Source: Squalus acanthias (Eukaryota). From it: 64,000 bases of DNA. The notes under the pieces were generated by a model, which saw only the letters and a list, made by a program, of their open reading frames with translations, had not been told where the DNA came from and made no database searches. The translations under genes were made by a program, and so were the position numbers. This document shows positions 47,263 through 59,517 of the stretch, in pieces. Every line of letters starts with the position of its first letter. The first letter of the stretch is position 1. Where the stretch lies: NCBI GenBank assembly GCA_030390025.1, contig CM059431.1, forward strand, positions 116,500,001 through 116,564,000, given 5' to 3'.

Positions 47263-48435
47263 GTGTCAGCCTTGGCTCAGTGGTACCACTCTCACCTCCA
47301 AATCAGAAGGTCTTAGGTTTAAGTCCCACTCCAGATACTTGAGCATATAATTTAGGCTGATACTTTGGTGCACTCATGAGGGAGTGCTGCACTGTCAGAG
47401 ATGCCATCTTTTGGATGTGATATTAAACTCTCGGGGCATAAAGTATCCCATGGCACTATTTGAAGCAGAGTAGGGTTGTTTTCCTGGTGTCATGGCCATT
47501 ATTTATCCCTCAACCAACTTCGCTAAAACAGATTGGCCCGGAATTTGCGGTGAGTAATAACAGCGAACGAATAGCGTTCGCTGCTATTACCCCTTTGAAA
47601 CTGACCGCAACTTCAGGACGTAGCCCATGCGCATCCTAACACGGAAATCCTGAAGTTGCGGTCAGTCGTTCACTGCTCCGACACTGGCTGTGCTGTGGCA
47701 GCCTTGCCCACCCACAACCGCCCACCCCGCCCGCCCCCCATAGACAGCAATCGGTATAATCTGTGAAATCAAGGAAACCGCTGAAAACTTCTGCTCTTCT
47801 GCGGTAATATCGCTGTTACATACCCCATTAAAAGTTAGACCCTTTTGGATTAGGTGTAACTGGGGTTTTAACAGCGTATTGACTGCTAAACAAAGGTTCT
47901 GGCCCTGAAAAACTAATTTTAATTTTGTTGAATGTCAAATTTATCCATTTTAATTAAAAAAACAACTTTTTTAAGCAATTTTAAAATATTTTTTTAATTT
48001 TTTTAAATGTTTGTTTCAGATTTACCTTTTCCCCTTTATGTGAGAGCCCCAATCTTTGTTTTGCTTCCTGTCACATTTTTAAAAAGTTAGAATCAAAGGA
48101 GCTTTCTCACTTCCTGGTTCTCGCTCTGTGAGAATTCTGCATTGTGATTGGCTGCTTAGACAGCTTGTTGACGTCACAGCAGCTCGCGCTATGGGATTCC
48201 GACTAAACTACGCTGATTTCAATTGCACGTCGGAAAAGCCGAACTTCTCGCCATAGAGATCGCGAGATCTTTGTGGGAAGCTTAATTCGGGGCCAGCGGT
48301 GAACACCTTTGCTTCATCGCTAACCGCAAATTACAGGCCATTATTTGGTCATTTATCTTATTGCTGCCTGTGGGACCTTGTTATGTGCAAATTAGCTTCT
48401 GTGATGCCCTACATTACATCAGTGACCACACTTAA
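47263..48435 (+). mobile_element. Deu-domain SINE interrupted by a MITE
   Basis: tRNA-like head TGGCTCAGTGG...GGTTTAAGTCCC; body resumes after 48342. Confidence 0.8.
47535..48339. mobile_element. Harbinger-type MITE
   Basis: TIR GGCCCGGAATTTGCGGT / ACCGCAAATTACAGGCC; ATT TSD. Confidence 0.88.
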
Positions 48436-48988
48436 AAGAAAGTCCTTACTGTTTTTGCACAATGCTATTTTTCATATTTACTAAACGTTTTCACTTCTTC
48501 TGCATTGTTGATCAGCCCTGGGCGTGAAGGATTTCGGAATCAATTGCAGTACCAGCTCCCTGCAGGAGGCATGACTTTGTTGGGCTTTGTTAAAGAAAGA
48601 CCCAGGATTATGAGGTTCCTGACTTATACCTCTTAGAGGAGGGCTTGGAGATCTTCATCAGCGAAGCCAGCTGTGCTTCTTCTGCCTGTTGCCCTGGCAT
48701 GGTGCCTAGTAGGCACAGGTGGCACCTAAGTGGGCATGATAGTGCCAATAAGCACTGATGCTGTAATTGAGAGATGCCGTTAAATCATTTGGGGGAAATC
48801 GCCAGTGAAACCACTCGTCAGCTGCTTACCTCTCTGTCAGACAGTGTTCTGCTATTGGGAGTCAGTAGAGTGCTTCTAAAGAGTTAAACTGTTATTGCAC
48901 CGGAGTTTCCGGGAGGGGGGTCAACCACTCACAGTTTCTACACTCACATTGCACCAGGGTTGCAGCAAGAATATTTAAATTAACTTAC

Positions 48989-49156
48989 CCCAACATTACC
49001 GAGGGAATAATAATGGAAAGTGTGATGGCTGACGTCGCACGATCAATATTGCCTCTTTTAAATGCACCTGCCAGTATTTTCGGAAGAGACACTGGAAAGT
49101 GGAAGAATGGATGGCGTCTGGCGTAACGGCTCCCTGAACCACTTGCCTCAGTGCCG
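48989..49156 (-). CDS. Putative 168-bp internal coding exon of an unidentified host gene
   Basis: Strong acceptor ttcttcttttactctgtttttccAG and donor GG|GTAAGT; length divisible by 3; only one frame is open throughout: GTEASGSGSRYARRHPFFHFPVSLPKILAGAFKRGNIDRATSAITLSIIIPSVML; CpGs retained in otherwise CpG-poor unique DNA. Confidence 0.55.
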
Positions 49157-50604
49157 CTGGAAAAACAGAGTAAAAGAAGAATCTATTCAAGTACCTATTT
49201 CAGTTACTTTGGTAGTTCCTCTTCACCATGATGATAGGCACACACCATATTCAATTATTGTAAGTTCCTGCTTGTGTTTGTCTTTGGATTCAGCCAATGG
49301 TGCATCTACATACATGCTAATTTGTGTGCCTATGAATGATGGAATTCAGTATGGTTAAAAGCTGTCTATAATTATACATAGCAGCTGATTTTACTTTATT
49401 CTGTATAGGGGTGATTCCATGATTCAGTGCTCCCAAAAGCTGCACTCAGGGGGAGCACATTTCTGGGAATTGTGGGGGGCGCAGCCTATGATTTTTCAAT
49501 CATTAAAGTGAATGAGCAGATAATCATGGTCTGCATACCTACAGTTTCACAAGATACTCTCCTTGTGAGTTCTGCTTCCTACTGAGAGTATCAGATTGTG
49601 GGATCAAGCCAGATAAAAATGAAAACACGTTTAATATAATCAAATAAGCAACTGTGCACCACTCCTGAATACTTCTAATTTACTGGGGAAGAGTTCCTCT
49701 GGTTGCACTGTGTTATTGATATCATAATCGTAATGGGGAGATTTCCTCTGTGATTTCCAAAACCGTAAAAACATTCCAAAAGTACAGGTTTACGATAGTA
49801 ATCAGAACAAATTTCCCCACTATGTTTACAATGTTTCTAACACAAGAGAAATCTTCCTCCATTAAATGCATCCTACAACAAGCATATGAGCACACACCAA
49901 TGAAAGTTGTAAGTCCTAACATAACATTGCTTCAAATTTCAGCACATTCTTTCAGCATATCCCACTGTGCTCCAGTTATATCCAATGTACAGTCTATAAA
50001 ATATGCTTAAATAAAGTCACATCTTTCAGATTGGATCATTTAACAGTGGACAGTAATGGGGTTTTTCCCTGTCACTTGTGAGAGTTTTTAATCTTTTGGT
50101 TGTCAGTATGATTGTGACACAATAATAATTACCACTGTTCACACAGCCTGGCATCCTTATATCTTAAATGCTACTAAATTGGAGTCCAACAGATGAAAGG
50201 AAAATCTCCAGCAAGATTTTTAGAGACAGTACCATAGATTTTCCAATCAGGTATAGCTCGACCAGAAATGGGGCACTGTGGGAGGAGCTCTTGCACAACC
50301 TTTAATGAGAGGTCAGCCTCCTTATCATCATATGGGTGAACTCCCAGTGTGGGAAGTGCCTGTAATTGTGAGCTTGCCGGTTGATAGGCGGGAAATCAAA
50401 TGCTGTTGCAGGATTTAAAGGCCAACAGTGGCTTAAAAGGGGCAGGCGTGGTGATTTGCAGATTTAGAAGTTAGCAAGCTTATTTAGAAAACTGTCTGCG
50501 AGGAGTTTCAGAAGCCAGCGAGTGATTCGTTTCTTGCGTGAGGCCATTAAAGGTTTTCCTGTAGGAAGTAAGGCAGAGGAAGAGGTGTCCCCTACTGCAG
50601 CGAA

Positions 50605-51078
50605 TAAGAACATAAGAACGTAAGAAATAGGAGCAGGAATAGGCCACTTGGCCCCTCGAGCCTGCTCCTCCATTCAATAAGATCATGGCTGATCTTGGGC
50701 TCAAAGCCACTTCCTCGCCCGCCCCCATAACCCTTTACTCCCTTATCTTGCAAAAATTTGTCTATCTCCACCTTAAATGTATTTAATGACCCAGCCTCCA
50801 CAGCTCTCTGGGGCAGAGAATTCCACAGATTTACGACCCTCTGAGAGAAGAAATTCCTCCTCATCTCAGTTCTAAAAGGGCGACCCTTTATTCTAAAACT
50901 GTGCCCCCACATTCTAGATTTCCCCACGAGGGGAAACATCCTCTCTGCATCTACCTTGTCGTGCCCCCTCAGTATCTTATATATTTCAATAAGATCACCT
51001 CTCATTCTTCTAAATTCCAGCCTGCTCAACCTTTCCTCATAAGTCAACCCCCTCATCTCTGGAATTAACCTAGTGAAT
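50605..51078 (-). mobile_element. 5'-truncated CR1 LINE
   Basis: FTRLIPEMRGL...WNSLPQRAVEA; (AACATAAG)n tail. Confidence 0.92.
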
Positions 51079-51900
51079 GTCACTGGACTCAAGAGGAGCA
51101 GCCCAGGGAGAGTGGGAAGAGGTAGAAACTGATATGAATGTCATCTCTACCATACAGCGAGCTTGGAAACAGTATTAAAATGTTCAATTACTTTACCGGG
51201 TGAGTCAAGTTTGGGGAACATTAATGCAGTACTCTAAGCATGTGGCACTTACAAATAACTTCCCCTTCGACTGCCTTAAAATCCTTTTGTACCTTACCAT
51301 AAATTCCCATTATGCAGCAGGGTACACTTTGCACGTCCAGGCTTCCCCTAGAAGTATTCAGATCATCACATTCATTTAGCTTAAAAGAATCTTCCCATCT
51401 AATGTAGCTGAATGCTACAGCTCATTTAATCCATTAACGCTCTCTCTGTGATTGGTATGTCACTGAAGCACTTTATCATATCAATTCTTCCACTGAAAGC
51501 TTTTTGTGAAAATTGTTCCTCAGGGCACTATTGTAAGCTGTCTTCTCTTTCTCTAGGTGTATCATAAGAAGCTGAGCCAGACCCCACTCCAACCAGGCGT
51601 GCCAACATTGTCACTTGCTCTATTGCTCCCCAGCACCTACTCAGATAGATTTTTTTTCAGCGGGATTGGGACAATAAGGTAGATGGAAATGCACTGGGGA
51701 GACACACAACATGATTAAGCATGAGCAGATGTTGGTGCTAGAAGTAGAGCAGGAACCTGCTATCCAGAAGGTCACCTTGTGTCCTGCCCTGGCTGATAAA
51801 GCTGTGGTTCTAGACTTCTAAAGGGTAACATTTGGTGCAGTTACTGGGGCCTGTGCCAAGCAGTAATAGATGGCAGCTCGGGAGGAGAAGATTTATGGCA

Positions 51901-52720
51901 CTATTGGTGAAGGCAAATTTGTGCGGGGCATGGAGAAGATTTTGACAGGAGTGTTAATGCAGTAGGAACATTTCCAAGTGAAGCAGAGGTCTTCTGTATG
52001 AAACCTTGATGAATGGCCCTCACATCCAGAAATAGCTTCTTTTCAGCAGCCTCTTCAGGCTGTTCCTGCTGCTGCAGTTGGTCTCCTTGATATGTCCGGG
52101 AACCTTCCCCTTCCAGAGTCTCCATGATAATGTCTTGATACAGGGCAAAGCTACGTAGCAGGCGGCTGATGTCCATTACTCTTGAAACTTTAGCCACAAT
52201 GTATTGCAGTACACCCCCAGATCTATCCAGACACCTGAAATGCTGCTTCAACATTCCACTGATGTGCGTGAAGATAATACCTCTGCTCATTTGATGTCCT
52301 TTGAGTACTACAGTGGTGCCATGAGCCTTGGCTGCCAAGGAAAACCTTGATTGCCCAGAGGTCACCTTGTGGGTCAAATATCTGTGGATTGCCTTAAATG
52401 AAGGCATTGTGAGAACTGACTGGACTGCGAGCATTGACTTGTGTAATCCTTTGCCAATGTTTGAAAATGAGCTCATCATTCAAGAACAAAATCCTTTCCT
52501 ACTCATGTAGGGAGTATCATTATGCGAGGGAGCACATAGGATCACATGGGTATAATCTATAAGCCTCCCCCACCCACTGGACCTTTGGGAATCTTGCTAG
52601 TCCGTAAAAATTGCAAAGCCCTCTTCTGCTACTGTCAGTTGCTTTTGGGGAAGAAGATGACGTTGCTTGATCAAATAAACAAGGGCATTAGCCACTTGTC
52701 ATATATTTATGTCCAGCTAT
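51901..52720 (-). pseudogene. Highly decayed Harbinger transposase
   Basis: GMLKQHFRCLDRSGGVLQY..AKVSRV, similar to GVLKQWFHCLDCSGGALQY in 18508-19101. Confidence 0.65.
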
Positions 52721-52924
52721 TTTGTCCCCAGGTATAGCCTGGAATGAATCTGAGGCATAAAACTTAAGGGCAGGTGTGACCTTTAAAGCCACTGGATGTG
52801 CTGTTAGAGGATTGTGGTTGCAAACCAGCTTGGAACATCAGGCACAACTCTGTCAAGAAGTTCCTTGTAAATGAAAACCTGTGTAGACACTCTTCTCTGA
52901 CAAAAGGAAGCGTGTGCCTGTAAA

Positions 52925-53200
52925 AAGAAAGAAAGACTTGCATTTATATAGCGCCTTTCACAACATCAGGACGTTAAAGCGCTTTACAGCCAATTAAGTA
53001 CTTTTGAAATGTAGTCACTGTTGTAGAGTAAGAAAATGGGACAGCCAATTTGCGCACAGCAAGGTCCAACAAACAGCAATGAGATAATGACCAGATAATC
53101 CGTTTTAATGATGTTGGTTGAGGGATAAATATTGGCCAGGACACTGGGGAGAACGCCCATGCCCTTCTTCAGAATAGTGTTGTGGGTTCTTTTACGTCCA
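52925..53200 (-). mobile_element. Deu-domain SINE, 3' half
   Basis: Reverse complement of 54415-54680. Confidence 0.85.
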
Positions 53201-53386
53201 TTTTTCAAGGGTTTCCCCAGCTCTTTTGCCGAAGTTATGGCAGGCGACTGGAAGAACCCTGTGGGAAGTTATCCTTTGATGCATCAATAGTATCCAAATA
53301 TTCCTAGAAATTTTAACAGGTTTTATTTTAAGCTACCTCAATAAACAGCACAGCTTCGAGTAACCCTGAATGTTCATTTTATCTGC

Positions 53387-54015
53387 GCCTAACCACCTCC
53401 CCATGACATTCAATGGCATGACCGTTGTTGAGTCCCCCACCATTAACATCCTGGGGTCAACATTGACCAGAAACAAAACTAAACCAGCCACATAAATGCC
53501 GTGGTTAGTAGAGCAGGCCAGAGGCTGGGTATTCTGTGGCAAGTTGACTCACCTCTTGACTTCCCAAAGCCTCTCCACCACCTACAAGGTGCAAGTCAGG
53601 AGTGTGATTGAATAATCTACACTTGCCTGGATGTGTGCAGCTGCAACAACACTCAAGAAGCTCAAAACCATCCAGGACAAAGCAGTGCCAAAAGATCTCC
53701 CCTCCACTACCGGTGTACCATGGCTGCCATGTGTACTATCTATAGCTTGCACTTTTGCAGCATCTCCCAAACCCACAATCTCCACCAATTAGAAGGACAA
53801 GGGCAACAGATGTCTGGGAACACCATCACCTCTAAGTTCCCCTCTGAGTGACACACCATCTTGGCTTAAACATATATCACCAATCCTTTATCGTCACTGG
53901 GTCAAAATCCTGGAACTCACTATCCACCAGCATTGTGGGAGCACCTTCACCATATGGAATGCAGCAGTTCAAAAAGAAGGCCCACCACCACCTTCTCAGG
54001 GCAACTAGGGATGGG
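53387..54015 (+). mobile_element. LINE family B 3' fragment
   Basis: Matches the reverse complement of 14690-15375 with deletions. Confidence 0.85.
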
Positions 54016-54225
54016 TACGTCCCAAGAATGAAGACAAATAAAGGTACGTGAAGTAACGCTATACCAGCGTGAATGTTAAGAAGTTTGGTGCCCAAGGCTA
54101 TGAGATCATTTTGACTTCATTTACATGGATCTACCCATGAACTGGTAGGTATTTCTGGTGCCTTTCAAACTTAGTATTAGGAAATTGGACACAGCGCTAA
54201 CTGAGTGGAGATCTTGTGTCATAGA

Positions 54226-54695
54226 TGTCAGCTGTGGCTCAATGGATAGCACACTCACCTCTGAGTTCAAGTCCCACTCCAGGGACTTGAGCACATAATT
54301 CTAAGCTGACACTCCAGTGCAGTGCTGAAGGAGTGTTGCACTGTCAAAGGTGCCGTCTTTCGGATTAAACTTTAAAACTGAGGCCCCGTCTGCTCTCTCA
54401 GGTGGATGTAAAAGATCCCATGACACTATTTCAAAGAAGAGCAGGGGAGTTATCCCCGGTGTCCTGGCCAATATTTATCCCTCAACCAACATAACAAACA
54501 CAGATTATCTGGTCATTATCACATTGCTGTTTGTGGAAGCTTGCTGTGTGCAAATTGGCTGCCGCGTTTCCCACATTACAACAGTGACTACACTCCAAAA
54601 GTACTTCATTGGCTGTAAAGCGCTTTGAGACGTCCGGTGGTCGTGAAAGGCGCTATATAAATGCAAGTCTCTCTTTCTTTCATTCTTTCTTTCTT
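54226..54695 (+). mobile_element. Near full-length tRNA-derived Deu-domain SINE (SacSINE1-like)
   Basis: A/B-box-like head, core GCCGTCTTTCGGAT...AAAGATCCCATG...GTCCTGGCCAA, L2-type tail AGGCGCTATATAAAT + (CTTT)n. Confidence 0.85.
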
Positions 54696-55214
54696 TCTAG
54701 ATCTCCAGTCAGTTTTATCCAATTTACCCCTGTTTATCGGGAAAAACTCATAGGTAAATGTAGACTGTTGAATTGTCAGATAAAGATCTGTAAAACTATA
54801 ATAGATTTTATTTTAAATAAAAGGTGGGGCGGGGCAGTGAAAATCTGAAGCCCTTCTGGTGTATTCCCTCTGTGAGTCTAGCAAGACTGTAGCAGAAGAT
54901 CCAGGATTAGACTGGGAGCTGGACATGCCTGGTCTTTGCTTTCTCTTCCAACTTCCACTGGGCCTTGCTTCGGGCAAAGCCTCTGCCTGTCTAAAATAAG
55001 GATACCGGCGTCGATTGGCGTGTGACTGGGGAGGGGAGTTTCTTAGCCCTAGCTTTTAAATCTATTTAAATTACTAAAATATAAGGATGTATTCAAAAAT
55101 GATATTGAACATATAAAATGGAGTCTTGAGATGTTGACAACATTACTGAAGGATCTTGTTGAACTTAGTTCTTACACTCATGATCTGCCCTAGGCCATAA
55201 AAGCACATCTCAGT

Positions 55215-55382
55215 TAAGAAAAACTGCAAATGTCGGCAATATACAGCATGTCATCCGGCATCGGAAAATAGAATAGACAGGTTAATGTTTTAGATAGGAA
55301 CCCTCGGTCAGAAATGTTAACATTTCTTTCAGAGGCTATTGGAGCTGTTGGGTGTCTCCTGCATTTTCTGCTTTTATTTCAG
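55215..55382. repeat. Old, diverged Penelope-like hairpin
   Basis: Degenerate versions of both arms (AAAACTGCAAATGTCGG ... GCATTTTCTGCTTTTATTTCAG). Confidence 0.5.
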
Positions 55383-55694
55383 TCACTGATCTGCACATGT
55401 TTAATATGCAGCATGCCGACTCAACTGTCTCACTGTACTGCGTAAGGGTTGACTGCTCTGGGGGAAAAAAAAAAGCTATGCAAAAAGCTTGCAACAATTA
55501 CTTACATACAGCATTATTTAAACTAAAGCCCTGATGCATTTTAATTATTATTTTTTCTTCGGTTAAGTTTCCCATTCTGTGAACTACTCCCTTCTTCATT
55601 GAGCTGTTCTGATGGCAGGTGTACCTATTACACAAACTACCTCTCTTTAGATCGATAGTCTCACCTGCATCTGGCGGAAGGCTGTTTTTTTGTA

Positions 55695-56130
55695 TTTGTT
55701 CTCAGGATGCGGGTGACACTTGCATTGATTGCTTATTCCTAGTTGTGGTGGCAGCCTCTTTTCGCAGCAATTGTTTTACCTCTGCCTTGCTAGACCCCAC
55801 CAGAGGGGCATTAAGAGGCCAGACCAGGTAAGGGTAGCAGCTTTAGTGAACCAGTTGAGTTTTTATGACAACCCCGCAGATTTGATGTTCATTCTTTTGG
55901 TGCCAGCCCACAAATTAAAGAAAGAAGAAAGAACTTGCGTTTATATAGCGCCCTTCGTGACCGCAGGACGTCCCAAAGCGCTTTACAGCCAATGAAGTAC
56001 TTTTGAAGTGTAGTCACTGTTGTAATGTAAAATGATTGAATTAATTTTCACAATTTGTCTTGGTGAGATTATGACCTCATGATTTTGTGGTGGCTAGTGC
56101 CGTATCATAACCAAAATACTAGCATATCCC
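55695..56130 (-). mobile_element. Degenerate SINE (same family as 1870-2240) with a Deu-SINE tail inserted at ~55919-56030
   Basis: Shared GGCCAGACCAGGTA and TGGTGCCAGCCC blocks; nested AAGAAAGAACTTGCGTTTATATAGCG tail. Confidence 0.55.
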
Positions 56131-56795
56131 GCCTCACTCACTAATTACCTGGCTGAAGGATTCTTTCCTACAGCAGGTAATTTTCCTCTCATTCCTTTAT
56201 CTATGTGTAAAGCTCTGGCATCAATACCAGCAGAGGGCACTGTTGGCCATTAGTCTTTTATCTAACGATGCTTTCAAGCTTCTTTCCGTCATCTCTCCTC
56301 CATTGTTGTATTTGGGTTTAATCAACTGAAGTTACAGACATTACTCATATGTTAATCTTGCTTAATTGCTCACTGTCATCCCTGTATTCAACTACTATCC
56401 TCACCAGCGCTCACTGTACCACAAGCTTCTGCATGGATTACAAACAGCCCACAACATGTACTGGGGAAGTCTCAAAACAAATATTTCTTGTAACACTGAT
56501 GTTTTTTGTTAATATACGAAAGAAAGAGCTCCTACAGCTCAGCATTTTATGAGTTTTTATGTCTTGTAGCATATATCCAGTAACTGATGTTGGCAATGTG
56601 ACCTGAGCTCAACCACCAGGAAGCACTAGGGACCAGTGAAGTATTGTTCTCTTCTCCGATTCTCCCTCCCTCTGTAGGAAGATGCTGCAGCTTCTGCTTG
56701 ATGTCTCTCCCTCATCGTATCTCAGACCATGGACACAGCAGAGCAAGACTTGAACCTGAATCTGCCCCCAACCATGGTCCTGCACACTGGGACCT

Positions 56796-57095
56796 ACAAC
56801 AATGAGAACAACCTGCATTTATATAGCACCATTAATCGTATTCCATCCAGGACTGGATGTTGAACAAGCAGTCTGACAACACAGAGACAGTGGCGGTATT
56901 GAGAGAGCTGATGAAGAGGTAGAGCTGTGTGTCTGCAGATGATGTCACGAAGGGGTAGCATGTAGATGAGGAAGGGGAGGGGGTCAAGGATAGATCCTTG
57001 GGGGACTGGAGGTAACCGTGCGGGGGCAAGATGAGAAGCAATTGCTGGAGATGCTTTTGTTACAATTGGATAGATGAGAGTGAAACCAAGCGAGG
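56796..57095 (-). mobile_element. Old L2 fragment
   Basis: VPQGSILDPLPFLIYMLPL, ADTQLYL, LSDCLFNIQSWM. Confidence 0.75.
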
Positions 57096-57579
57096 ATGTG
57101 GTTGACTGACTCACAGCATTTTAATGTTTTCCAATATTATGCTCTGTGCTTTTAATGGATCTAATTCTGTTCAGAATATTACACAGCATTTTTTACAGCA
57201 TGTGTTTTTGACAAAAGATACAAGTGGATATCAGTCAGCCATCCAATCATCTAATTAATTTCCTCTGAATTCTATTCTTTTTCCACCACAACATTTTAAA
57301 TCTTTACTTTCCTATGAAAATAAATATTATTGGTTTTAATTTTTTACCACTAAAATATAAATTCAGAGAATCACCACACTTGAATAATTTGAACTCTCCA
57401 GACTTAGGTTAGCCTGCTCTCTTTCAACAACAAAAAAGTTACCAATGGACTGAGGGCTGAGACCTTGTCTATGCACAGGTTCTACCGTTCTCTCTATGTT
57501 TTCTCGTCATGAGTCAGGAAGGATAACAAAGCTAGTTTGTCTTTGTTTAAGATGGTTTAACCATCCAGTAGAATGATGA

Positions 57580-58039
57580 AAAAAGAAAGACTTGCATTTA
57601 TATAGCGCCTTTCACGACCACCGAATGTCCCAAGGCACTTTACAGCCAATGAAGTACTGTCACTGTTGTAATGTAGGAAACGCAGCAGCCAATTTGTGCA
57701 CAGCAAGCAGCCACAAACAGTAATGTGATAATAATCAGATAATCTGTTTTAGTGATGTTGATTGAGGGATAAATATCGGCTAGGTCACCAGGGACAACTC
57801 CCCTGCTCTTCTTTGAAATAGTGCCATAACGATCTTTTTAAGTCCACCTGAGAGAGCAGACGAGGCCTCGGTTTAACGTCTCATCTAAAAGACGGCACCT
57901 CCGACAGTGCAGCACTCCAACAGTACTGCATTGGAGTGTCAGCCTAGATTTTTGTGTTCAAGTCTCTGGAGTGGGACTATGAACCCACAACCTTCTGCCT
58001 CAGAGGCGAGTGTGCTACCCACTGAGCCACAGCTGACAC
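57580..58039 (-). mobile_element. Full-length Deu-domain SINE
   Basis: Reverse complement of 54226-54695. Confidence 0.88.
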
Positions 58040-59145
58040 TTTTAACTAGTTTCTATTTGAAGGGGCATTGTATCACTATGGCGCAGGTATCTCATTGTTC
58101 ATTTGGTCTCTCGTAGTCCAAAGGGGAAAGGGATGCAGCATTGTGATAACTATTTGTCCATCAGCTATCCGGTAGTAGAGGAATTTTACAGCTCAGTGGT
58201 AGGGCTGTGTTTCATTTTCACTCTTGTTTATGAAGAAAGGCGAATGCTGTATAATCTTATATGGTAATGGTACAGCAAATAGGTGACCTAAAAGTAGGGG
58301 AACATTTGGGAAAGAGTGACCACAACTTAATTGGGATTGCTGTCAGAATAGAAAAGGAAAAGGAAAAGTCAGTGCTTGACTGGGTAAAAAAAAAAAAAAT
58401 TGTGGTGAGGTTAAAAGGGACTGTGTGCAATTTAAATGAGAAAGGAAAAAAATGGCAATTAGAACTGTAGCTGAGCAATGGGGAAACATTTAAGCAGGAG
58501 ATGGAAAATCTCCAAATCAAGTAAACGCCAGTAAGGAAAAAAAGGGTGGGTATGAAAGTCTTCCCTTCCATGGATGAACAGGGAAATTAGATTAAATTTG
58601 AAACGTAGGAGGGAAATAGTAACCTAACCGGCCGATGGGAAACGGACCTGGTTAGATCGACCGCCCGTTTTAAACACAGCCGAATACAGTCAATGGAAAG
58701 TAAAATCATGATGCGTGTAAAATGGGTGGTCAATCTGATCGGGTCAGTTTCCCACTGGGCAAGCTGGGTTAAAATTAAAAATTTAAAAATAGTATTTAGC
58801 ACTTATAGGACAGATAAGAAAAACATAAAGTTAGGACAAATGTGAAGAATATATAGGAAAGCTACAAAAAGATTACACATGCAAAGAAAGAAAGAACATT
58901 TTCAGAAATCATGATGGGCAATAAGAAAGCTTTCCAAAAAGGCATGCAAGTAGCAAGAGAATAGGCAAGGTAGGAGATGGGCTGTTAAGAGATAAAGGAG
59001 GCAAGCTTGTATTGGAAAGTGAGGGGATGGGTGAGATATTAAATAAATACCTTGCTGCACTTTTCACAGATGAGCTGGCTACTGAGATTATAGAATCATC
59101 AGAGGTGGGTGTAGAACAGTCAGTGGAAGTTATTATTCAGAGAAT

Positions 59146-59500
59146 CTAGAAACAGGAGTAAGCCATTCAGTCCCTTGAACCTGTTCCACCATTAAATTAG
59201 ATCACGGCTGATCTCTACCTCGAATCTATTTCCCCAACTTTGATCCATAACCCTTGATAACATTACCTGATAAAAATCAGTCGATCTCAGTCTTGAAAAT
59301 TTCAATGGACCCAGAATCCACAGCTTTTGGGGAGAAAAGTACTTCTTGAATTCACTCCTAAATGGCTTAGCTCTAACTTTAAGATTGTGCTTCCTTGTTC
59401 TGGATTCCCCCACCGGAGGAAAAGTTTCCCTGTATCGACCCTATTGAATCCCTTCACCATTTCAAACAGCTCGATTAGAGCACCCCTCAACCTTCTACCC
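59146..59500 (-). mobile_element. 5'-truncated CR1
   Basis: RGALIELFEMVKGFNRVD, GESRTRKHNLK plus CR1 3' UTR. Confidence 0.85.
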
Positions 59501-59517
59501 TCTTATTCAAAGAGATA

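Noticed and set aside
54226..54290. tRNA gene (also 47263-47330, 57970-58039)
   Set aside because: The A/B boxes belong to SINE heads and continue directly into SINE bodies.
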